Shown here: positions 1-10,929 of the stretch, one piece after another
Layout of the letters: each line of letters starts with the position of its first letter
How positions within the stretch are numbered: the first letter of the stretch is position 1
Source of the DNA: an uncultured bacterium
GTDB lineage: Bacteria > Zixibacteria > MSB-5A5 > CAIYYT01
Direction: 5' to 3'
Length of the DNA stretch: 64,000 bases
NCBI GenBank assembly: GCA_963726455.1
Contig: CAVSCK010000005.1
Span: forward strand, 384,001-448,000
Notes under the pieces: generated by a model
What the model was told of the DNA's origin: nothing
Database searches by the model: none
The model's input: only the letters and a program-made list of their open reading frames with translations
Position numbers and translations under genes: made by a program

Positions 1-10
1 ACAAACCTCG

Positions 11-1327
11 TTAGGCCGGGTTCCCTGCACTCGTTGCCTTAAAGATGGCTCTCGGGGCATACAGCGTCAAGGTAATACCGCGAATCGCCATGAAAGTCGT
101 CATCGCCAGCCAGAGACTGTGGTTGCCAAGCCAGCCGTGCGTGAGATAATACACTGGAAGAAAGAACACCAGCGTTGCGAGAACCATCGATATCACCATG
201 GCCTTGGTAGCGGTGGCGCCAATGAATACGCCATCCCAGATGAAAGAGGCCGCATTGACCAGGGGCGCCGCCACGGTCCAGCCGATGAAGGTAAGCGCCG
301 TTACTATGACATCCTGTTTGTCGGTGAATAGGTGAAGAATCGTAGTGCCGAGCAAAAGATATACAAGTGAGGCCGCCACACTTAATCCGCCCGCCCACGC
401 AAACAGATGTTTGACGGCCCGCTTAAGGTTGTCGGGATCGCGGGCACCGAAGTATTTCCCGACCATGCTCTCGGCGGCATAGGCAAAGCCGTCGATGCCA
501 AAAGACAGAAACATCCAGAGCTGCATTAATATTGCATTGGCGGCGAGAATGGTATCGCCACTGGCGGCGGATTTCGCGGTAAAGAAGGAATAGGCGATGA
601 TCAACAGCAGCGTGCGCACAAAGATGTCACGGTTGACGTTGAGAAAACGGCGGAACTCTTTTATTTCCAGCACCCTCTTGCTGATCAGGTGGTGCAGGTA
701 TTCACGATAGGTGCGCGACAACAAGATGACTGCCAACAACACGCCAAGATAATTGGCGATCACCGAACCGAGAGCGACGCCGGCGGTCTTCATGCCGAGA
801 ACTCGCAGCAGGAAGATATCGATAGAGATGGTAATGGCATTCACGGAGATGGCAACGATCATGGGAAAGCGGGCGTTCTGCATACCGAGAAACCAACCCT
901 GAAACGCATAGATAGCCAATACCGCCGGTGCGCTCCAGATGCGAATGTGATAATAGATTTCGGCCTGTGTCCTGACTTCCGGGCTCGCATGCACAATATC
1001 GAATACGATCCGGCTGATCGGACCCTGAAGCGCGACCAACGAAATTCCGGCGACTGCGGCAACCAACAACGCCCGCGCCAAAGTGAGTGCGCCGCCCGAG
1101 TAATCCTTGCGGCCGAATGCCTGCGCGGTTAATCCGGTGGTGCCCATCCGTAGGAATCCGAGTCCCCAAAACAGGATGTCGAAAATCATACCGCCGACGG
1201 CCACACCTCCCAGATAGAAGGTCTGATCCAGATGGCCGACCAGGGCGGTATCGACCGAACTCAGAAGCGGCACCGTGATGTTACTGATGATGCTGGGAAT
1301 GGCGAGTTTGAGGATGTCTTTATTCAC
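11..1327 (-). CDS. MATE family efflux transporter (DinF-like)
   Basis: 438 aa hydrophobic ORF with typical MATE motifs LAIPSIISNITVPLLSSVDTALVGHL, FLRMGTTGLTAQAFG, DGFAYAAE, WDGVFIG. Confidence 0.93.
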   Translation of the reverse strand: MNKDILKLAIPSIISNITVPLLSSVDTALVGHLDQTFYLGGVAVGGMIFDILFWGLGFLRMGTTGLTAQAFGRKDYSGGALTLARALLVAAVAGISLVALQGPISRIVFDIVHASPEVRTQAEIYYHIRIWSAPAVLAIYAFQGWFLGMQNARFPMIVAISVNAITISIDIFLLRVLGMKTAGVALGSVIANYLGVLLAVILLSRTYREYLHHLISKRVLEIKEFRRFLNVNRDIFVRTLLLIIAYSFFTAKSAASGDTILAANAILMQLWMFLSFGIDGFAYAAESMVGKYFGARDPDNLKRAVKHLFAWAGGLSVAASLVYLLLGTTILHLFTDKQDVIVTALTFIGWTVAAPLVNAASFIWDGVFIGATATKAMVISMVLATLVFFLPVYYLTHGWLGNHSLWLAMTTFMAIRGITLTLYAPRAIFKATSAGNPA

Positions 1328-1463
1328 GCATTGAACCCGGAGTCAAATGCCTTTGGAAAGAGCCGCGCATTACCGGCGTCGGCAATTTCTCGATCTGCTA
1401 GTTTACGGATACAGAGAATGCGCGCAACAGAAAATCCTTGGTGGAAATCAGGAGGCCGGAAAC

Positions 1464-1497
1464 AAAACAGCCGCCAGAAGAAACTTCTGACGGCTGA
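1464..1497 (-). terminator. Rho-independent terminator after the secreted dockerin protein
   Basis: Minus strand CAGCCGTCAGAAG-TTT-CTTCTGGCGGCTG hairpin followed by TTTTGTTT, about 35 nt after the stop at 1533. Confidence 0.75.
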
Positions 1498-1532
1498 ATG
1501 TCGGGCAGTAAAAGGGCTTAGCGCCCGTTCTG

Positions 1533-4500
1533 CTACTTACATGCTGCACACGGCGCAGGGCCACCGCTGAAGATGTAGGCAATCAAGTAGACGGCGTCCG
1601 AGATATCGGGAGCGCCGCTGCAATCGGGATCACCTGCCGCCATGGGTTGCGGCGCCGGGCCGCCGGAGAATATGTAAGCGATCAAGTATACTACGTCGGA
1701 GATATCGACACTGCCGCCGGCATCAGCGTCACCACAAACAAAAGCGCCAGCCGTGGTGAAGTGCCAGAGGGCGCCAGCAGTGCTTTCGCCATGCGAATCG
1801 TGCGCTACGATTTTCCAGTAATAGAGAGTGTTCGGAAGCAAGGCGGCACCGGGTGTGTACGACGTTGCTGTTTGTCCCGAACTTACCGACGGCGGCGGAT
1901 CAGTCGTGCCCAGAAGCACGTCGTAAGTTACCACGTCGCCGGCATCAGGATCGCCACCGGTCCAGTTGAGCGAAGTCGTGGTGACTATGCCGGTCGCGGC
2001 ATTAACGGGAGTCGGGTTGGATGGGACATTGGGTGCATGGTTCACTACGGTGTTGATTCCTCCGGAGAGGCAATAGATGTCACCGTAGCGACCGCCTGCC
2101 ACCATTTCCCAGGAATTGTCGCCGACGATGTCGGGGATAGCCGTAATTGCATCAACCGGCTGGCTGAACGGCACTGACTTCACTTCCGTGCCGTCGGTCC
2201 CGCTCAGGAAGTAGCAGAAGTTGCTTTGGTAGAGCGTGCCAATATATGCATCATTAATGCCGTCACCGTTCACGTCACTGCCGCGAGCAACGTTCCATGA
2301 CTTGTCAGCCAAAGGAACGGACCAGATTATCTGTCCGGTCTGGCCACTGATTGCGGCGGCATTCGTGTTCCAATGACCCGGCAGAAGATCGGTATGGCCG
2401 TCGCCGTTGAGATCGTCCATGCGTTGCAGACGCAGGATTGAGCCAAAGCCGGAGGCCGTCCACAAAACAGCGCCGGTTCTGGCGTTGACACCAAAGACAT
2501 TGCCGGTAGTTACCGAGAAGTCTCCCACCGCGATGTCCTTAGTACCGTCGCCGTTGATATCGTCGATTTGCGCCAATGCCCAAACGGAAGATCCGGGGAC
2601 GCTCATCGGCCAGATAACTGCGCCGTTAAGACCGTTGATCGCAAACGCAAAGCCAGCAGTTTCCGCGGAGTTAGAAGCGCCCGCGATCACGTCCGGCTTA
2701 CCGTCGCCGTTGAGGTCTTCGACCCCGAGCACACTGAATACGGCTCCGTCAAGCGGGCATTCCCACAGCGACAGGCCGTTTACGCCATTGAGGCAGTAAA
2801 CGCGTTTGGGGCCGGTATTGTAGGCGTCGTTGCCGGTAGCTGCGAGCACATCCACGATGCCGTCACCATTGTAGTCATAACGCGCATCAACTTGGTATAC
2901 CCAGCCACCCTCGCCATATTCGTGAGTGTCGTGTGTCCAGATTTCGCCGCCGGTCCTGCCGTTAAGCATTCTTATCAGACGTCCGCCCCAGGCGGCGCCC
3001 ACGGCAACATCCTGATAACCGTCGTGGTTAACATCAGCACAGACGGACAAAGCCGTTTGTTGATAGACCGCGCCGGCATAAATGAAGTGCTCCCAAAGAA
3101 TGTCTGCAGTGCCATCGGAATTGCCGTTGACGGCGCGGATGTAGTCATCCTCGGTACAAATGATGACGTCGGGAATTCCGTCGCCGTTGATATCGTTGAT
3201 TGGCGCCATCGCTTTGGGGCTGTTATCCGAAGCGTCGGTAATGTGAAGTTGCCAGAGTGTGTCGCCGATCGGATGGTCTTCTTTGACGCCGGTTCCGCTG
3301 ACAGAGGCGAGAATCGGATCGTGGCCGGCATCATTGCTGAACACCGAGAGCGTGCCAGAATATACCTCGCTGGCAAACGGATGGAACCAGATTCCGATTC
3401 TGGCGGTGTCCATCGGAGCCAGATAGATCGGGAATTCAATGCCTGTCTCAACGCTAAAGTGGGTGTCGGATGAACTGATACTGTTCACGGAAAGGTTGGA
3501 ACTGCCCATATTGACAATCGTCAGAAACCAACGCGTGTAGGCGCCTGCGCGCACCGAGCCATAGTTGTGCAGAGTTTCCGGCAGCGAGATCCAGGGGCCG
3601 GAGTATACGGCGTTGCCGACGATGTTCACGGTGACACCCGGATGAACGGGATCATTGGAATTGATGGTTGCGGTCGCCGATAGAGGGCCAACGCTGGTGG
3701 GTGCATAGACAAACGGCACCTCGACCTGTGTGGATGGCGGAATTGTTATGGGAAAGTCGGCGTTGCAGTAAAATGAAGGCGGCCCGGACACGGACACACC
3801 GTTGATAACGAGATTAGCCGTTCCGGTATTCTGAACCACACAGTTCCAGGTTTGAGTGGTATTGACGGGAACGTTACCGTAATCGAAGCTGTTTACCGGC
3901 AAAGTAATTACCGGCGTGCCTGTGCCTGAGAGATCAATCTTATAGAGGCGGTCATAAGTACCACTGGCGCCGTCATCGCAATACCAGAGATAGGTACCAT
4001 CCCAGACGATACCGGCCGGATCGATACCCTGCGACGGATGACTTTCCACGGAAAGGCCGGTGGTGGTGTCGATCTTGTATAGTGCATTGCCCCAATAGTC
4101 GGCTTGCCACAAGAATCCCCCCTGAAGACACAGGTCCCAGGGCTGATTGTTGGGAGCGTTGAATTGGCGGATGATGCCGCCGGAACTGTTGACTTTGTAG
4201 ATGACGCTGGGATCAGGATAATACTGTGCTACCCAGTAGTTGCCGTTGTCGTAGGCAATGCCGGACACATATTGAGCCGGCAGATTGAATTGTGAAACCA
4301 GCGCCCCCGCCAAGGTGAACTTGATGGCCTTGGCCGGATTAGAAGGGTGATCGGTTGTCACAAGATTCGTGCCGTCAAAAGTCAGGCCATACGAAGTCGA
4401 CTGCGGACCGGTGCATTGAAGCGAATAAACACCGGTTGACGGATTGATTCGATAGATTTGGCCGTTGCCGTAAATACCGCAATACAGCCAGGTGCCATCC

Positions 4501-4643
4501 CAGGCCAATCCGGAAGCGCCTTCCGGAATTTGATAGGTCGCAACGATCGACCACGCTTTAGAACCCTGCCCGTACGTCGCACTGTGCAACGAGAATGCTG
4601 CAAACAGCAGAATCGCCATAAAGAGGACTTTAGCAATTCGCAT
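1533..4643 (-). CDS. Secreted multidomain protein: N-terminal beta-propeller, two choice-of-anchor-D/ASH-like Ig domains, FG-GAP repeat propeller, FN3-like domain, C-terminal dockerin-like domain
   Basis: Signal peptide; GLAWDG/GLTFDG/GIAYDN/GIVWDG blades; NTGTANLVI..SNDP repeats; many DxNGDGxxD motifs; YYWKIVAHD; paired GDADAGGSVDISDVVYLIAYIF repeats; SD GGAGG upstream. Confidence 0.85.
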   Translation of the reverse strand: MRIAKVLFMAILLFAAFSLHSATYGQGSKAWSIVATYQIPEGASGLAWDGTWLYCGIYGNGQIYRINPSTGVYSLQCTGPQSTSYGLTFDGTNLVTTDHPSNPAKAIKFTLAGALVSQFNLPAQYVSGIAYDNGNYWVAQYYPDPSVIYKVNSSGGIIRQFNAPNNQPWDLCLQGGFLWQADYWGNALYKIDTTTGLSVESHPSQGIDPAGIVWDGTYLWYCDDGASGTYDRLYKIDLSGTGTPVITLPVNSFDYGNVPVNTTQTWNCVVQNTGTANLVINGVSVSGPPSFYCNADFPITIPPSTQVEVPFVYAPTSVGPLSATATINSNDPVHPGVTVNIVGNAVYSGPWISLPETLHNYGSVRAGAYTRWFLTIVNMGSSNLSVNSISSSDTHFSVETGIEFPIYLAPMDTARIGIWFHPFASEVYSGTLSVFSNDAGHDPILASVSGTGVKEDHPIGDTLWQLHITDASDNSPKAMAPINDINGDGIPDVIICTEDDYIRAVNGNSDGTADILWEHFIYAGAVYQQTALSVCADVNHDGYQDVAVGAAWGGRLIRMLNGRTGGEIWTHDTHEYGEGGWVYQVDARYDYNGDGIVDVLAATGNDAYNTGPKRVYCLNGVNGLSLWECPLDGAVFSVLGVEDLNGDGKPDVIAGASNSAETAGFAFAINGLNGAVIWPMSVPGSSVWALAQIDDINGDGTKDIAVGDFSVTTGNVFGVNARTGAVLWTASGFGSILRLQRMDDLNGDGHTDLLPGHWNTNAAAISGQTGQIIWSVPLADKSWNVARGSDVNGDGINDAYIGTLYQSNFCYFLSGTDGTEVKSVPFSQPVDAITAIPDIVGDNSWEMVAGGRYGDIYCLSGGINTVVNHAPNVPSNPTPVNAATGIVTTTSLNWTGGDPDAGDVVTYDVLLGTTDPPPSVSSGQTATSYTPGAALLPNTLYYWKIVAHDSHGESTAGALWHFTTAGAFVCGDADAGGSVDISDVVYLIAYIFSGGPAPQPMAAGDPDCSGAPDISDAVYLIAYIFSGGPAPCAACK

Positions 4644-4725
4644 GTTTCTCTAACCTCCATAAGGAAGGAAAAAAATTTTATGTACGAGTCATCGGCGGCT
4701 CGAAGAAGACAGACGTGAACGATCT

Positions 4726-4755
4726 ATAATATAAGACCTTAGCCACGTTTGTCAA
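4726..4755 (-). promoter_or_regulatory. Putative sigma70 promoter of the secreted dockerin protein gene
   Basis: Minus strand TTGACA-N16-TATATT (or N18-TATTAT) about 85 nt upstream of the ATG. Confidence 0.55.
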
Positions 4756-4836
4756 GGAAGTTCATCGAGCGTCGCAGGGACGCAAATACTCGCGAACCGC
4801 CCGGTTATTGGGCAAAATAAGACTGGGGAGATTCTG

Positions 4837-5265
4837 TTATCTTAGGTAGCTGTCAAAGGCACGAGTCAGATCGGCAGCAATTTCTTCGGGCAGTCGCCGT
4901 TCAATTTGGTGGCGTTGAAGCATAAAGACCAGGCCGCCGTCTTTGAACAGGGCCATCGACGGCGAAGACGGCGGATATCCTGTGAGGTAGTCTCTAACTC
5001 TTTGTGTCGGCTCGGGATCCTGCCCCGCAAAGACGGTGACCAGTTTGCTTGGGGCAATACGATGCTTGAGTGCCAACCGCACTGCCGGACGGGCGTTGGC
5101 GGCCGCGCACCCGCAGACAGAGTTAATAACGATAAGCAAACTTCCGGTATTGTCGGCGAAGAGCCGGTCAACCTCAGCTGTCGTCTTGAGTTCCAGAAAT
5201 CCCAGCGAAGTCAGTTCCTGCCGCATGGGAAGGACAAACTCTTCGCGGTAGAGTGTAGTCTGCAT
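4837..5265 (-). CDS. BrxA/BrxB family bacilliredoxin (YphP/YqiW-like)
   Basis: INSVCGCAAANARP, TVFAGQD, PPSSPSMALFKDG and RHQIE motifs; start moved to ATG 5265 after a GGAG SD. Confidence 0.93.
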   Translation of the reverse strand: MQTTLYREEFVLPMRQELTSLGFLELKTTAEVDRLFADNTGSLLIVINSVCGCAAANARPAVRLALKHRIAPSKLVTVFAGQDPEPTQRVRDYLTGYPPSSPSMALFKDGGLVFMLQRHQIERRLPEEIAADLTRAFDSYLR

Positions 5266-5407
5266 TGTCTCCAAGCTCCTTTGTGCCCCATGGTTCTGTC
5301 TGGTGTTACGGAGTTCGCGCACAGAATTGAAGTGGCGGCGAACGTGTCTCGTACTCCAATCTCGTCCGCTCAATGGGGTACAGGAAGCTGCCGAAGAGCA
5401 AGTAAGA

Positions 5408-5812
5408 CTACAAGACTATTTGCCGACCAGGCGGATCCGGCTTATTACGCTTCTTGATCACGTGAACTTCCTTGCAATATTTGCAGTGAATGCCTCTTCC
5501 GACAGCGTAATCGTCTATGGCCAAGCGAACGACTTTGCCGTCTCTGTCGAAGCACTTGGGACATACTGGAGTGTCTACTTGGTTTGCCGTCATTGGATCT
5601 TTCCTAATCCAATAGATACCTTCGGCGAACTCGAGACTGTCCTTTAGATTCAATCTTTCCTGGAGACTCTGGATGGACTCGCGCAGTTCCAGATTCTCCT
5701 TCTTTAGGTCTGCAACTTCCTCCGTCACCTTCAATATCTCTTGGTAAAGGTCCATCCTCTTGAGATCAAGTGCAAGTTTCGCTGCATCCTTTAGGACATC
5801 GTAGAAAGCCAT
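5408..5812 (-). CDS. Hypothetical coiled-coil plus zinc-ribbon protein
   Basis: N-terminal heptads (LKKENLELRESIQSLQERL), then CPKC...CKYC; SD AGGAG before ATG 5812; lower GC than the flanks. Confidence 0.7.
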   Translation of the reverse strand: MAFYDVLKDAAKLALDLKRMDLYQEILKVTEEVADLKKENLELRESIQSLQERLNLKDSLEFAEGIYWIRKDPMTANQVDTPVCPKCFDRDGKVVRLAIDDYAVGRGIHCKYCKEVHVIKKRNKPDPPGRQIVL

Positions 5813-6046
5813 TTGAACTCCTATTTCTATATGCAACATGAAAACTTCAGTCGACCAAGGCAATCACTTTCGTCCGAGTCTACAGCCAGATTCTCAATAG
5901 GCTCCCCCCTCCGTCGGCTCGTTGCTAGGAGAGCAATGTGAGTTAGTTTCGCACAAGTGCACCAGTCTGAGAAATGCTCTGAATTCAGAAACCAGTCAAC
6001 CCGATATTGGGTTGTGTAACATGAAGTTGCGACTCGTAACCACGGT

Positions 6047-6982
6047 TTAGGAATCAACGAATTCAAATTCGATCGTATGGCCGCGATAAGGAAGCTGTCG
6101 CCGCTTAACACCCTCCAGCGAAGCCCATATGTTCCACACCAGGGCTTTTGTCAGGAGCCTCACTTTTGCAGCGCACTGAACGAATTCCCTAATCGTCAAT
6201 TCTTCCGCGGGGTACGGTACATATCTGAGAAGGTTATTCTCTTCGTCCAAATCGGCTAAATGTGACTTTGTGTTCTCGGTCAGGGCCGGAATAACTACCG
6301 TGCCGTGAAACCGTTCAGACTGACTGAAGACAGATCGAATTGACAGATTATCTACGGCGACCAAATGTCCAGAAGCTGGATTCTTTCTCGATCTTTCGAT
6401 TTGCTCATCGCGAAAAATACAGTATGGCCTTAGTGCCACAGTAAGACCGTGTTTATACTGAGCGTAGAAGAAGCTGTGCTTGAGATAGAAATCAACGACT
6501 TCCAAAGTGTGTTGACATAGGGTCTCTACCCCTTCCGCGTACTTCAGGCTCATTTCAGGGGCTGGCCAATCAGTGGCTCGGATAATAGGCACAAGAAATA
6601 GCGACCGCAAATTGTCCTCCCCACAGTCCATTGCTTTCGCAAAATTTGCGATCTTTCCTGCTGAATAGGTTACAACTCTCTGGATAAAATGGTCCAAATC
6701 GGACGTACTTCTTAGAAAAACGAGAAAGTCCTCTACATATTGCGTACATTCAACAAGTGCACTGAATAACAAACCGTTTGTTAACTCTTGCGCAACTGTC
6801 GCATCACCCGTTTGATCGTCAGGTTGCTTAATGTCGTCCTTAATGGTTTCGAAAAACTCAAATTTGCTCTGGAGGATCTTCTCTAGACTGAGGATCTTAG
6901 CGTATCTCCAATCTGGGTAGAAAGAAGCCAAGTACCTCTTGATTTGATCCCTGCTGGCACTCCTAAGATCTTCAGCGTTCAA
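6047..6982 (-). CDS. Hypothetical protein (311 aa), lower-GC islet
   Basis: Long open frame with TTG start after a purine-rich SD; no family recognised. Confidence 0.7.
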   Translation of the reverse strand: MNAEDLRSASRDQIKRYLASFYPDWRYAKILSLEKILQSKFEFFETIKDDIKQPDDQTGDATVAQELTNGLLFSALVECTQYVEDFLVFLRSTSDLDHFIQRVVTYSAGKIANFAKAMDCGEDNLRSLFLVPIIRATDWPAPEMSLKYAEGVETLCQHTLEVVDFYLKHSFFYAQYKHGLTVALRPYCIFRDEQIERSRKNPASGHLVAVDNLSIRSVFSQSERFHGTVVIPALTENTKSHLADLDEENNLLRYVPYPAEELTIREFVQCAAKVRLLTKALVWNIWASLEGVKRRQLPYRGHTIEFEFVDS

Positions 6983-7154
6983 CTGCTTTCCCTTCTCCTA
7001 ATCCACTGAGATTTGAAGCCTATAGGTGTTATTGATCGCTTATGTACTTTCGGAGAATCTCGAGGTTGTCGCCATAATAGAGTGTGTTCATGGTAGCGAC
7101 AGTCTAATCGGTTTTTGGCTACGCGCAATCAACAACAATCGTGGATTTGCAAGA

Positions 7155-7197
7155 GCGTCAGGTCACGCCCGCGGGGCGGGCTAGGACCTGACGCAAC
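7155..7197 (-). repeat. REP-like palindrome (GTTG-headed)
   Basis: GCGTCAGGTC...GACCTGACGC outer stem with an inner GCCCGC-GGG-GCGGGC stem. Confidence 0.55.
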
Positions 7198-7206
7198 AGG
7201 TGAGGA

Positions 7207-7237
7207 CGCGGTGCACGAGGACGTACACCGCGCACAA
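7207..7237 (-). repeat. REP-like palindrome, second copy at 50448-50478
   Basis: CGCGGTGCACG-AGGA-CGTACACCGCG-CACAA; 28/31 identical to 50448-50478. Confidence 0.75.
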
Positions 7238-7269
7238 CAACGTAAGATCACGTTCCGAAGTGTCCTGTT

Positions 7270-7291
7270 GTAGGAGCTGCTTTAGCTGCGA
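7270..7291 (+). repeat. GTAG-type REP singlet
   Basis: GTAGGAGCTGCTTTAGCTGCGA resembles the widespread GTAGGAGCGGCTTTAGCCGCGA REP type. Confidence 0.5.
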
Positions 7292-7314
7292 TGAGCTGGA
7301 AATCGGCGACCGGA

Positions 7315-7351
7315 AACAAAAGACCCACTCGTTGAGAGTCAACGAGTGGAT
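7315..7351 (-). terminator. Rho-independent terminator of sdhCAB
   Basis: CCACTCGTTGA-CTC-TCAACGAGTGG hairpin followed by GTCTTTTGTTT on the minus strand, 40 nt after the sdhB stop. Confidence 0.75.
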
Positions 7352-7390
7352 CGGTGTATCAGATCAAAGGTGACGACTGCCTACGAGCAA

Positions 7391-8163
<773 letters not shown>

Positions 8164-8164
<1 letters not shown>

Positions 8165-10089
8165 TATTTGTAACTCCTCTCCGCCAGGTGCACGATATTC
8201 GAAGCTCCAGTGGTTCTTTGTTCAGGACTCGGTGTGTTGCCGACACCGGTGTATTCCCAGGCGGCGACGTAGCTGATATTCATCGTCGTTACGTAGCGCC
8301 TCGCCTTCTTTGGTCTGACTTTCCTCGCGGAAATGACCGCCGCAAGATTCGCGTGCGCATCAGGGCATCATAAACCAGCAGCTCTGCAAACTCCAGGAAG
8401 TCGGCGACGCGACCGGCGCGTTCCAGGGCCTGATTGATTTCTTCATTGCCACCGGTAACTAGTGGCGTTCTTCCAGAATTCTTCGCGGATCACCGGAATT
8501 TCCGCCAGTGCCTTCTTGAGTCCGGCTTCGTTGCGACCCATGCCACAACCCTCCCAGAGCACCTTGCCGAGTTGACGATGGATATCGACCACCGTGCGCT
8601 TACCTTTGAGTGCCAGCAGCTTCTTTGTCCGCTCGGTTACTTCTGCTTCGACCTTCTTGAATTCTTCGTGATCGGTCGAAATCTTCGATGGACCCGTGCG
8701 GGCATAGTAGTCACCGATCGTGTACGGAATCACGAAATAGCCGTCAGCCAGTCCCTGCATCAGTGCGCTCGCGCCAAGACGATTGGCGCCGTGATCGGAG
8801 AAATTGGCCTCACCCAGCACAAACAGTCCGGGGACGTTGCTCATCAGGTTGTAGTCAACCCAGAGTCCGCCCATCGAGTAGTGAAGCGCGGGATAGATGC
8901 GCATCGGGACTTTGTAAGGATTCTCGCCGGTGATGCGTTCGTACATGTCGAACAGGTTGCCGTAACGTTCGCGAATCGTATCTTCGCCGAGACGGTTGAT
9001 CGCATCCCGGAAATCGAGATAGACGCCCTTGCCGGTTTCGCCGACACCGCGTCCCTCATCGCAGACCTGCTTGGCAGCGCGCGACGAAATATCACGCGGC
9101 GCCAGGTTGCCGTAGCTCGGGTATTTGCGTTCGAGATAGTAATCGCGTTCGGCCTCGGGAATGTCGTTGGCAGCCCGCTTGTCACCTTTGTTCAACGGCA
9201 CCCAGATACGGCCGTCATTGCGGAGTGACTCGGACATCAGCGTCAGCTTCGATTGATGTTCGCCGGTGACCGGAATGCAGGTCGGATGAATTTGCGTGAT
9301 AACAAGGGTTGGCGAACAGCGCGCCGCGCTTGTAGGCGCGATAGGTAGCAGTGACATTGCAGCCGATGGCGTTGGTCGACAGGAAGAAGACGTTGCGAGT
9401 AACCGCCGGTCGCCAGAATTACGGCATCAGCCGCGAACGACTGGACTTTGCCGGTGACCATGTCGCGCGTGACGATACCTTTGGCATGACCGTCGATCAC
9501 GACGAGGTCAAGCATTTCGGTGCGCGAATACATTTTGACGGTGCCAAGCCCAATCTGTCGCGCCAGACGCTGAGTATGCACCCAGCAGAAGCTGCTGACC
9601 CGTTTGTCCTCTGGCATAGAACGTGCGCGACACGAGCGCGCCGCCGAAGGAACGGTTGTCGAGCAGGCCGCCGTAATCGCGCGCAAAGGGAACTCCCTGC
9701 GCCACGCACTGGTCGATGATGTTTCCCGACACTTGCGCCAGACGATAGACGTTGGCTTCACGGGCGCGGAAATCGCCGCCCTTGATTGTGTCGTAGAACA
9801 GGCGCCAGATGCTGTCGCCGTCATTCGGATAATTCTTGGCGGCGTTGATTCCACCCTGCGCGGCAATACTGTGCGCACGGCGGGGGCTGTCCTGATAGCA
9901 GAAGCAGGAAACCTGGTAGCCCATTTCGGCAAGCGACGCGGCTGCCGAGGCACCTGCCAATCCTGATCCGACTACGATCGCCGAGAACTTGCGCTTGTTC
10001 GCCGGATTGACCAGCTTCATATCGAAAATATGCTTATCCCATTTTTCGGCAAGCGGCCCTGAGGGAACTTTGGAGTCGAGCTTTACCAT
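8164..10089 (-). CDS. sdhA: Succinate dehydrogenase/fumarate reductase flavoprotein subunit (multiple frameshifts)
   Basis: [58 protein letters not shown] and C-terminal RSYK*, spread over several frames; stop overlaps the sdhB start. Confidence 0.9.
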
Positions 10090-10819
10090 TATCTCACCCC
10101 CGCGGGAAGTTTGATGATATCGAGCAGGCAGGCAACCGGTATTGAGGTGTAGCCGAGGAACAGAATCCAGGCGACCAGCAACGCTACCTTTCGGAGTCCG
10201 CCGTCGTAAGATCTGATTGTTGATACCCAGTGTCTGAAACATGCTTCGTGACGGCATGGCTCAGATGGAAGCCAAGCGAGGCCATCATGATCATGTAGAA
10301 GATCGAAATGACCGGATTCTTGAAGCCGAGAATCACCATCGAATAAACATCGTGGCGGCGCAGCGAATCCTCAAGTGTCTTGTATTCGGGATGAAAACTC
10401 ATGAATGTGAAATGCAGAAGATGATAGACGACAAACGAAGCGATCAGCAGACCCGTCCAGATCATCGTCCGTGATGAAAACGTCGCCGCGACCGTGTCGT
10501 TACATTCGTAGCGCGTCGGACGAGCAGCCCAGTTCTCCAGTTTCAATTGCACGGCAAACCAGACGTGCAGAATCAAAACCAGCGCCATTACGCCCCGCAG
10601 CAGCCACAGGAGTTCGCCCAAGCCCTGCAAGAAGGCGGCATAACGGTTGAGCGATTCCTGTCCGATGAAAATTTGCAGATTACCTACCATGTGGCCCGTG
10701 ATCCATCCGAGCAGCATGAAGCCGGTGATTGCCACCACCACCTTTTTGCCGATGGATTGCGAGAAATATCTGGCAGGCAAGAAAGCCCAGTTCTTTCTGG
10801 CTATTTCAATGCTAGACAT
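10089..10819 (-). CDS. sdhC: Succinate dehydrogenase cytochrome b subunit (frameshifted near the 3' end)
   Basis: [39 protein letters not shown]; last helix [18 protein letters not shown] in another frame, ending TAA overlapping the sdhA ATG. Confidence 0.88.
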
Positions 10820-10929
10820 TAAACAAACCTACCTTTCCAAGTCCGGGCAAAATAGGTCGTGAGTGGGTGAGAGTCAAACGCTAAATGGGAATTAAGGTAA
10901 ACAATGTTATGTCGATGCGCGATGCGTGG

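Noticed and set aside
5813-6046. Integron attC site between the two lower-GC genes
   Set aside because: No convincing RYYYAAC..GTTRRRY paired structure and no integrase.
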